Part shown: positions 13,221 to 25,200 of the stretch, piece after piece
Layout of the letters: every line of letters begins with the position of its first letter
How positions within the stretch are numbered: the stretch's first letter is position 1
Source of the DNA: Schmidtea polychroa
Taxonomy: Eukaryota
DNA length: 64,000 nucleotides
NCBI GenBank assembly: GCA_044892525.1
Contig: CM097885.1
Coordinates: 47,741,727 to 47,805,726, forward strand
Reading direction: 5' to 3'
Translations under genes and position numbers: made by a program
The notes under the pieces: generated by a model
Told to the model about the DNA's origin: nothing
The model's input: only the letters and a program-made list of their open reading frames with translations
Database searches by the model: none

Positions 13221-16200
13221 TCAAATTAATTCATCAACCGAAGAAAATTTGGTTTCAACCGTGGCAATCGATTTCAGTTGGACATTATCAGCTTCAGTCA
13301 CGATCGACTTTATCGATTTCTGCAACAACAGCGGTGCTAACAGAGATATTAAAGCAGCACCAATTGGTGCAGTGATAAGTATAGCTATCGCTGCAATTGC
13401 TAATATCTAGATCCAGAGAAGTAAAACTAAAGAAATAAACATGCTAATTACTAAGTCTCCTTGCTCAATGATATGTTGAGGCAAATTATTCTTAATTGCT
13501 AAATCTAAAGCCACTGGACCAAGAGCAGCTTGTACGGTGGCTTTTGGTAACCATGCTATTGGAATAAAAAGTCGTTCTTTTATTGTGAATTTAGTTCCAA
13601 AAACAGAAAAAAAGCTTGCAAGCAATCGAAAGATGATTCCAATAAGTAATGTTACAACTCCAAAACCTGCATGTAGAAAAAGAATAATAAGCAAATCACA
13701 TTAATTTAAACATTTAACACTGCAGAGTAAAGGTTCCTGAAATGTAGACTGTAAACTAAAGTGATCAGCCTTTTTTCAGGCAATTTTGATTAAATCACTT
13801 GAAAAAGGCAATTTCGAAAATTCGTGAATATTAAAAAAACATCGATATCTTTATTGATTCATAATCAATTTTTTAATAAATATAAGGTCAATTGAAAAGA
13901 AATCAGAGTTGAAAATCGAAAGAAGTTCTTATAATAAATTGACCAGATGTTTTTTTTATTTGAATGCGGAGCATGCTCAAATCAAAATAATTTTTTTTAA
14001 TTCATATTTAACTTGCCAGTGATTTTTGCAGTCTTTTTGAAATTAAATTTTATCTATTTAGAATTTATAATATATTGTCGATATAAACAAAATATTCTAT
14101 TATACAACCATACATTCTATGGAGTAAAAGACGAAAAAATAAGGAAGACAAAACAAAAATAACACTTTAATTTTTCTATGCTTTCTTCTTTTGTGAAAAT
14201 GTTAAGTGTTACATACTCAAATCCCGGACGTCTGGTCACTTTACTTTAAACCGAAGTTTTGGTCGTTTGTGTGAGAAATTTCAAAATATTTAACTCGTGG
14301 CGTTCATAAAAAAATCACTATTTCTACTTATTTACTTTGAACTGGTATTTAAAAGATTTAAATCTTAACTAAAGGGCTCAATAATTAATCAGAATGTTAA
14401 AAAATCTGAATCAATTAGAAAGAAAAAGACTTATGAAGTATATCGTATCAAGGATTCTTGTTTTCTATAAAATGTATTTAATAAGTTTAAAAATCCATAC
14501 GCTCGTCGCATTAAAGTCGTTTTATTTGTTTAAAAATCAGTATCTTATTTAAATAAATAAAGTTTTCGAAGTTATTTTTTAGGATCGCAATACGGTTTTA
14601 GTCAAAATTAATATATATCATATATATTCGACTGGATCTTCTTATTTTTGTTAAATAAATTTATTAAGTAAAAATCTGAAAAAATAAGAAAATATTTTTA
14701 TTCAGTTTTTTGCTTTATATAAAAATGTATATAAAATTTTTATTGGGTTGATATTAATATTATTATTATTTAATTGTTAAACAAGTAAATGATAATATAA
14801 TATAAGCATTTTGCTACAAATAATACATTGAATAAAATGAAATAATTGACAACTATAAAAATAATCCTTATCAATTTCAAATTATTAAGGATTATTTTTA
14901 TAATCAACAATTATTTCATTTCATTCAATAACTAAATTTGCAGCAAAAGGCCTAAATTATCATTTATTTGTTTAACATTTAATTAATGCTGCTATCAGGA
15001 AATTATCACTTTATATTATTAATAATATTTTTAAATAACTAATTAATAATTAAATAATTAAAAGAACTAAATAGCCTTAAGTCATACTTACCTGTAAAAT
15101 TTAACCTTTTATAGCATTTTTTGACTCTCATCATAACTCCAAATCGACGTATGCCTTAAAATTTAACTCATTGCGGATCCTTAAACTTTGACATTTAACA
15201 TATCCCTTAAATCAACCATTTCGATCCGTAATGTCTAAATCGAACTATTTTAAAATTTCCGTTTTACCCTTCCAACCCACATTTTGACATTTCAATTTGA
15301 CCGTTGATCTTAAAATGACTTTGAACACTCCTCATATTATTCACACTTGCTGTACAAATCGTTTGTATTAATTATATTGCATAAGTAATGTTTGAGTGGC
15401 ATTTTTAAACAAGTACCACGTTTTGCTAAATTATGAGAAAATAAACAAAAAAAGTAAACAAAAATAAAATAAAAAATTTCATTGAAAAAAAATATTTTTT
15501 TAATCGATTTGTTATTTCTGTTCGCAAATAGAATTTGATTAGTGTGATTAAAATACTTTGAATAATCAATCAAACCAAATTTGTAAAATATATTTTATTT
15601 AAAAAATAAAAGAACATGAAAACTTTTTAATTTAATCGACAATAAATTTATTAAAACAATATAATGCGAGAACAATAAACACATCATCATAAATATTATT
15701 CATGCGAATCTATTAGTCAAGCGCCGTGCTGTAACTTTTGGGGCCCCTTTACAGACATTAAAAAAATGGTTTAAATTTTATTGCATAAATTTTTATTGAT
15801 TTTAATTAAAAAAATAATACAAAAAATTATAAAGCAATTTTTCTAGCTCTTTAAAAAAACAACTGAATTTTTAGGTATATGTTTCAAATTAAATCGTAGC
15901 CAACTAGATTTTTTTGAAAGTTAAATGAATTTTGAATTTTTTCCTTTCTTTTTTTCTGTCAATTCGTAATATTTTTTTGCTATTGCAGTTTTTTGAATGT
16001 ATTTAATATTCGGGGATCCAGTGTGATTATACTTGTTGCACTTGCAATAGTACGGCGCTCAATTCATCCATTATTAATTTTCAAATTCATGTGAAATTTT
16101 GCGATTATTATATTAATAATAATATAAGTCATTATAATATTTGAGTAGTGTGGTTATATACCCAACCAAAACAGCCCTCCCAACAAAACATGCCTCCAAA

Positions 16201-19200
16201 TCACTTAAGCTATTAGAAAAACAACCTAAAACTTATACTTTTATAGTATTTTAACCCTATATTTTGAAAACAACCACCCTTAATGACTCTAACTGTTTTA
16301 ATCTTTAAAGCCTCAAACTCAAAAGCTTCAAACTAAAAACATAAAGAGAATAGAAAAGAAAATGGTATTATGAAAAAGTTAGAAGGCTACTTGAGGATGC
16401 CAACTAGCAAGTTGCTAATTGGCTAATTAAAAAAAATAAATGAAATCTTAATCTTGATGTCTTGAAGAATAAAAAATTTTATGAAAATAGTAAAACTGCT
16501 CTGAGGGGACAGTGGTATTTTTTTTTTTTCACTGTCCCCTCAACAGTTTTTTTGATCCGGATCATTTTTTTATTTATCAACCTCTTTCGTTTATCAAATC
16601 TCTTCTAATATACAAGCTGGCCAGACTCATACATCAGAATCAATCCGATAATAGCAGCACACCTTATTATTCGCTTCTCGCTCGAATACGATTTCAACGG
16701 CGTTTTAAGCGTGCTGCTCGAAAGTACAAATGAATTCGAAAGCGAATCCGAAAGAGGTCCGAAAACAACTGAGAAATAAATGTGCACATTACCGGGATCG
16801 ATCCGGGGGTGTTCGAAAGACAGGTGGCGATAATTACCGGTTCGCCACCATCACCCGTTTCAATATTTTTTTTTTCATATTTATGTTTAAAAAATAATTA
16901 ATTAATAAAAAAATAAAATAAAATAAAATAAATAAAATAAAATATACAAGTACTTTATAAATATAAGATACCCACACTATTTTCAATATTATTTTCAAAT
17001 TTTTAATATTATTTTATGTTGAAAAAAAACTAACCTCAGATGTGATTTGAACCACTATCCATTTGAGCCACTGTGCCAGTCTATTCCCACTGCGCCATCA
17101 AGGTTTGAATTTTTGTCATTTTTTAAATTTTTAATTAATAAAAAAATAAAATAAAATAAAATAAATAAAATAAAATATACAAGTACTTTATAAATATAAG
17201 ATACCCACACTATTTTCAATATTATTTTATGTTGAAAAAAAAACTAACCTCAGATGTGATTTGAACCGCTAGCATTTTGAACCACTGTGTCAGTCTAGCC
17301 CACTGCGCCATCAAGGTTTGGATTTTTTGTCATTTTTTAAATTTTTATTATAAAAAATGAATAATATAAATCTTAAAAAATAAAATGAAAACAGGGTATC
17401 CAATAAAAAATTTTTTTCTAAAAATGAATTGTAATATTTGCAATAAAGTTTTTAAAAATAAAACTGGATTAATTTCTCACTTAAAATCGAAAGCTCATTT
17501 ATTAAAAGAAAATAATCTTAATGATACAAATTCAAAACTTTGTCTTAAATGTAAAGGAAGATTTCTACATTCTGGATATAATAAACATTTTGAAAATTGT
17601 ATCGGGAAAAATAGAGAAATATTTACATGTCCTCATTGTAACTTTTCAACAAAACTAAATTTCTATTATTTAGAACATATAAAAGAATGTAAAAATAAGA
17701 AACAAAATTCTGACGATGAGGAATGTCATTCAGAAGGAGAACCTGATCATGTTGAAAGAGAAAAATGAAACCCAATGAAACTAGAAGACATTCCAGAATT
17801 TGAAAAATTAAATAATCTTAAACTTAATATTTATGAACATGTTATAGGGAAAGAAATTATTCCAATTTATATTTCAGATAGTGGAACCAAGGATAACGGA
17901 GCACAGGACAATGAGATATATCTTTTAATCTTGGAACAACAAAATAATCAACATTATGTTTTAATAAAAAACTTTCAACCTTTTACATCACCAGAGAATC
18001 CAACTAGTGGAGGAGGAACATGTAAAAGTTGTCTTCATTATTCAACAACTAAAAACTCTATGATTAAACATACAAGATTTTGTGAAAAAGATGATCCAGC
18101 TTTAATTAAAATGCCTAATAATCCCAAGATGTATTTTAAAAACTTTTCAAATTTACTACAAACAATTGGAGTTCTTTATGGTGACTTTGAATCTATAAAC
18201 CATAAACAAGATTTGGTTTATCAATATTTAAAAATAATAGAAAAAAATAAACTCATGGATTTATGGAACTCCTCAGGAGAGAAGATGAAACCAGAGAGGA
18301 TGAAAGCCTTTCTAAGAAAAAGAAATAAACCTAATAGTGTTAAAAAAACTAAACAATTACCATCTGCTTATAAATTATTATTTAAAAGTAATTATCCTGA
18401 ACTCATAGAATCTAGAGAATATTCAATTCTAGGAGGTACCCCTGAAGAAGTCTTGAATCATTTTACTAAAAATATAAATGATCTAGAACATGAAATATTT
18501 AAAATATTAAAAACAAACTATCCTCAAAATATTTCTAATCAACAACAACAAGAATATGAAAATACTTCCAACTGTTGGATGTGTAAACAGAATATTCTTC
18601 CTGATGAAAAAGTTATAGATCATGATCATTTAAAAAAGGAAAATAATTATCGAGGAGCAGCTCATAAAAATTGCAATCTTAATTGCCATACTCCTAAATT
18701 TATACCTGTTATATTTCATAATCTTTTTGGATATGACATACATCTATTTATTAAACACCTCGCAGCAAATGCTAAAAACTCTTTCAAAGTTATCGGCTTA
18801 ACAAAAGAAAAATATAAATCAGTTGAATATGGGAAATTAAAATTTATAGACACGTTAAACTTTCTTCAAATGTCTCTAGATGGAATAGCTAAAACAATGA
18901 AACCAGAAGATTTTAAAATCACTCGAGAATTCTTGGAAAAAAATAATATTCCTCTAGAAGAATATCCTACATGCTTAGCAAAAGGAATATATCCTTATGA
19001 CTATGTTGACTCGTTTGAAAGATATAATGAAACAAGTCTTCCTAACAAAGAAGATTTCTTTTCAAACTTACTACAATCAGGGATTACAGATCAAGAATAT
19101 TCTCGAGCATTAAAAATGTGGGAATTATTCAAGTGTAAAACTTTAGGAGAATATACCAACATGTATTTATCCTTAGATGTTTATATTCTAGCAGATTGCT

Positions 19201-22200
19201 TTGAAGAATTTACAAACTCTTTTGTTCTTAAACCTTATAATTATATAACTGCACCCTCTTTAGCTTGGGATACTATGTTATATACCATTTGGACTTCAAA
19301 TATAGAAGATGCTGATAAAATTATAGATCTTTTAACTAACCTCGATATGTTTAACCAAATTAAAACAAACATTAGAGGAGTCTCTTCAGTAATGGGGAAT
19401 AGAGAAATAAAAGCTAGAAATGCAATAACTACTAGCCGAAGACTATCTAAACACCCTGATGATCCATATATGAAAATTAACAATGAGGAATTAAAAGAAT
19501 TATTAGAAACAATGAAAAATCCTATATTTATACTTTATATAGATGCAACAGCTTTATATTCAGGAATTATGACTCAATATTTACCAATGAGTGATTTCAC
19601 TGAAATAGAGAACCCAACAGATGACCTTATGAAAGAAATACTTTCAACATCGAAAGATTCTCCAATAGGTTACTTTATAGAATGTGACCTCGACTATCCA
19701 GATGATATAAAATCAGGAACAAGATATTTTCCTTTAGCTCCCATAAGAAGAAAGATTGATATCAACGAACTTTCTGAATGGCAAATCTCACAAGATAAAC
19801 CTCCAACAATGAAACTTCTTTGTGATCAAACAGATCGAAGGTTTTATCTTTGTCACTATAGACTCCTCCAATTTTATCTCTCACGAGGAATGATATTAAA
19901 AAAAGTTCATAGTGTCATAAGATTTAAACAAGCTCCATTCATGAAAGCTTTTATCGAGGAGAACATTAGGTGTCGAAACATTGCAAAAAGAGAAGGTAAC
20001 CTTTTTAAAGATAATAATTATAAACTTTTAAACAATTCAGTATTTGGGAAAACAATGGAGAATGTTGATAAATATACTCATATTGAACTCCTAACAAATA
20101 CTACCAAAGATATTAAGCGTTATAATCGCATGCTAGGAAAGCCTACATTTAAAAACGCACAAGTATTTTCTGAAAATCTTACTGCAGTAGAATTAAAAAA
20201 TTATGAGAAAACATATAACAAACCAATATTTATAGGGTTTACAATTTTAGAACTTTCAAAATTACAAATGTATGAAACATATTATAACATCTTACAACCT
20301 ATATACGGAGCAAATATATCAATGCATGCAATGGATACAGATTCAATGTTTTTAACAATAAGAACTCATGATTTACAAAAAGATATGAAAGAAAATCCTA
20401 TACTTTCAAATTTAATAAATTCATCTGGAGAACTATTTTCGTTTAAAGATGAAAAACCTTTTACTCCTATAGAAAATGGAATATTTATTCGTGCTAAACA
20501 ATATTCATACGAAACATTTAGAAACCCTGAATTTATAACTAGATCATTTATATTTAAAACTCCAGAAACAGAAGAAACCATTACACATAGATATCCTATA
20601 TTTCCTAAAGAAGAAAAACCTGTAAAGGATAACAGATGTAAAGGAATACAGAGAGTGGTTGCAAAGAATCTTTCTCATCAAGATTATATAGATACATTGA
20701 ATCCAAATCATAAAGATAAAATTGATGAAATACATCAACTTAAAAGTGAAAACCATGATATTCACTTGATAGAATCTCAAAAAGTATCATTATCAAATTA
20801 TGATGATAAGAGATTCATACTAAGTGATTTAAAGACAACTCTACCTATTGGAAATAATTTAATCCCTATAATAAAAAATCTAGAAAAGTTGAATAAGTTA
20901 TATGATACAAAGATTACCGATCTTGATATTTATAATGTTGAAATTATTTATCCCGAGAGAGAAATCGAGAAGCCTTTATATTCTCAAGTTTTTAATCCTA
21001 TATGTTTAGAACTTAAATATTTTAATACTGATCCTGAATATATAAAAGGTCTAAGTGATAAAGAATTTAAAGATCATAAATTAATGATTCATAGGTTGGC
21101 TTTCAACCATAACTGAAACCAACGATATTTAATTTTTTAATAATAAAATGTCGACAATTAATTTAAGCAACTATAGCAACCTGATCTACTTTTTTAAAAA
21201 TACACCCATTTTATAAGTAAGAATTCTTTAACCATTTTTCTCGAGATGTTTTTTTATTACTTATAACATTAGCCACCATGCCCTCCCTTTTTAATCTTAT
21301 AACCTCATTCTTTATATCTTGTATTATTTGATTTGATTTCATTATTTCTTCGTCTGTCAGGATTCCATCTTCCAAAGCTTTTAATTGAAATAAAAATAAT
21401 TTAGAGATTCCTAATTCTATTGATAAACAAACTTCTCTATATAAACTTTTCTTTTTAGAAGTATAAGATAATGAAACTATTTCAGTTAAGAAACCATCAG
21501 CCACAGAAATACTTCCAAGTATTACAGGTGCAAGAGTAACAACTGGTAAAGTTATGGGTAAAATAACTGTTAATATTGCAGATGCAAATCCTAAAGAATA
21601 ACCTATAACTTTTAAAACTGTATTCCCTTTATTCCATCTATTTTTAATTTTTTTATAATGCTTTAATAAATCTTGTAAATGTAAGGTTTCTGATTTAAAT
21701 TCTTTTACTCTCATAATTTCAAGTTCTGTGGGAGCTGAGGGAGCCTTGGAAGAATAATATCCTGATGATCTCAATTCTGGGTAAATTTTTTCTTCTCTTA
21801 CTTCTTCCATTTTAATAATTAAAAAAATAAGACTTTATTCTTCTGAGCACCATCTGGCACCAATACTCGGATATCAAAAGAAACTCTTGTTGAGAGGATA
21901 TCTTTATACAATTCTCTCAATGCTTTACGAACTTCATCAACATCAACCTTTTTTTCATAAAATATTAAATCTATATATTGTACAAGTGAACTAGAAAAAT
22001 GAATATTCTTACTTTTAACTTTATGTAGTCCATGTGAATGAGTATTAACATACCAATCTCCGTGTGGTAAATCATAACTAGTCATTATAACATCACCCTT
22101 TTTAAGCTTACTATTATAATCACATTTCACAAACCATTTCATTCTTTCATTATCATCATCAAACAAAAAGAAATAAGGATCAATAATTTTTACAACCATA

Positions 22201-25200
22201 AAAACACCCCATTCTTTACTGTTTGTTGTTATTAAACTTGGTTCTATAAAATGTTTATATGTATGGGGTAATAATGTTTTATTCTGTTCTAATTCAGCAG
22301 CTCTTTTTCTAATACTATGTGTGGTGTTAATGTGTGTTCCATGAGACTCTAAATTTGAAATTCTTTTATTAAATGATGTAATCATCTCATTTATTATTTT
22401 ATATATTGTATTAAATTTAGTATTCATAATTTGTTTATCTTTAGAATTTAATATAGCAGTATTTAACTTTACAACTTGTTCAGTTAACAGACTTTGTAAC
22501 TTGTCAAATTTATCATTAAATCGTTGTTCGATATTATTAAGCTTTGATTCCATTGAATCAATTTTTGTTGTTAATGAACTTTCAATTCTTGTTGTTGTTA
22601 AATCAGTATATTTTTTAACACCATCTACATATTTCTTATTAACTGCATCAGCTTCATCAGTTGGAAAAGATAATTCTTTTATCTTGTGTCCATTTAAAAT
22701 TAAATCACCCTTCATTGAATCACCTCTTTCATTAATATATTTATTTTCTGTTAAAGTTAATATTTCTTCTGTATTAAACCCTGTTTTTATTGTTCCACCA
22801 CCTCTATTACATGGAATATAAGAACTCATTTATTAATAATTTAAAATGAATCTTCAAACCTGTTTCAAATGTAAATACATTGAAATCTCTTCTCCATTAA
22901 AATCAATCAATTCTCCTTCTTGATTAAGAATTTTAAAATTAATATCCATTATATATTTTCTACATAAAGGTAAATAATTTGGAGGATTCATTCTTTCAAC
23001 TATTTTATATCCCATAGGAACTGTGTTTGAGGGAAAGGAATATAAAACATTTGTTTGTTTACCATTATTATAAGAACCTGTTATACAATCACAATGAATA
23101 TTTATTGTGTTTGTATTTATTATTTTTATAATATTTTCTGATGTTATTATTTTATCTTCTTTTATTGTTATATCCATAGGTTTAAATCCTAAAACTGTGT
23201 GAAAGAAACAATTATCTAAAAAACTAATTTTTATATTCTTCAAAGTCATTACACATTTTGAAGTTGGTATATCCATTTTAATTTTAATACCTTCATTTGT
23301 TTTTTTAGAAAGTATATCATTTAAATCTTTTATCTCATATGCCCCAGGTTCTATTGTTATAATTTCTGGTTTATGCCCATCACGAGTTTGAATAGTAAAT
23401 TTATTATTATCTTTAGTTATATTAAAAATAGTATTATAAGCACAAAACCATAATAGCCCCAATTCATAATTTAAATTTTGATCTAATTTAATTGAATCTT
23501 GAAAGTTTATAGTAAACTCTGATTCTTTTGAATTTATAGATAAAGTTCTTGAATATTTATCTGACATTATGTTTACCATTTTTTTTAAATTATCTTCCGG
23601 AGGGTTGTGAAGCTCCATTTCTTTAGTAGTAAATTCATATAGTAAAAATCCTTATAGTAAAAATCCTTATAGTAGAGATTCTAGATCATTATAAATTTCT
23701 TGAATTATAGATTCAAAATCCTGCGTATGCCCCTTTCCCTCTCCCTTATTCAATCTATACAAAACATATAAACTTAAAATACCACATATTTTAGTATTCA
23801 AAGGTTGAACTTGTAAAGAGTTAAAAGTATAACCATTTGGGGAATCAATCGGAGAACCCCTCAAGAGATAATCTTCAACTTCTTTAGTAGGTTTAATCCC
23901 AAAAGAATCAAAGTAGATAGATTTCTTATATATACAAACCCAATGAGATCCTTTTTCATTTGAATTTTGATAATTGATTATTATATTCAGGGGACTCTCC
24001 AGACTTGATAATTCATCATTCATTAATATTTTAATTTTTAAATTTAAATAATTTGCATAATCTTTTAAATCAAAATTTGTTTTTGCATTTATTCCAAATG
24101 TTTTTAAAAAATCTAATATTGAAGGAGTCATTTTGTATTTTAAAACTTCGTATACTTATTAAATTTATCTTTTGAAATTATTCCTTGTTTTAACAAATCT
24201 TTAGAAATCTTTAAAATATCAGAATCTAAATTATTATGTCCTGCTTTCCTTGCAGCTAATAGTTTTCTTAATTCAATAAAAAGATTGATGGGATTTGGTT
24301 TACCACCTTCACTAATTAATCCCTCTCCCTCTGTAACAACATAACCCTTTTCATTTTTATTTAAATAATTCTTTAAATCTTGAATATATTTTGCTTTAGA
24401 ACTAGCTCTTATTAATTTTATTAAATTTAAATATTTTTTAATTTCTTCAACATCATCTGAAGAATATCCACAAAGTAATCTATAAAAATCATCTGTAAAT
24501 TCAAAGTCTAAATATTCATTATTATAAACATTTTGTGAATGAATACGTGATTTATTTTCTGAATTTGAATATAAAGTAAAGTTTTGTTTATTAATTGTTA
24601 TTATTTGATATCCTTCAGTATTAGTATTAAATGTGGGTCTAATTGAAGGAGGTAAATCATCTCTAATTTTAGGATCAACTTTAAGAGCTTTTGTTTTTAA
24701 AAACATTTCTTCTTCTTCCACATTAGAAATTCTTCTGCGTTTTCTTTGATTTCTTTCAGAATGACTTTCAGGATGGTTTTCACTGGATTCTTTTTCTTTA
24801 TCCTGCCACTCTAGTTCTTTTATTTTTTGTTTTTTATCTTCTAACTCTTTAAATTTTGCTTGCTCATTGAAATCTTCCAACTCTTTTATAGCTTTAATTG
24901 TTGGCCCCTGTTGTTGTGTTATTACCTCATTTAATATTATAGATTCAGCATGTTGAGTTGTATCTTTTTTATTATATTTATCTTGTTCTGATTGTAATTT
25001 TTTTAAAAGTGCTAATCTTTCTTCATATACCATTTTAATGGTATCAAAAATGGTATCATAGTTCGAAGGGCTTCAAGTATAATCCTTTACCATTTTTAGT
25101 TTTACAAAGGCATCCATTCTTTAAAGATTTACATATTTTTTTTAAATCTTCTTTATCTTTTGAAGATAAAGATTCAGATGTAGAAATTTGATTTTTTAAA

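Noticed and set aside
16512..16787. Small ORFs in the TIRs (also 30008-30600)
   Set aside because: Non-ATG starts, no recognisable motifs, and homopolymer indels between the two TIRs change the frames.
19241..20780. Antisense ORFs within pPolB (and similar ones within other genes)
   Set aside because: Short shadow ORFs opposite well-supported genes.
23638..23676. 15-bp tandem duplication between protease and penton genes
   Set aside because: Simple slippage duplication at a stop codon with no evident consequence.
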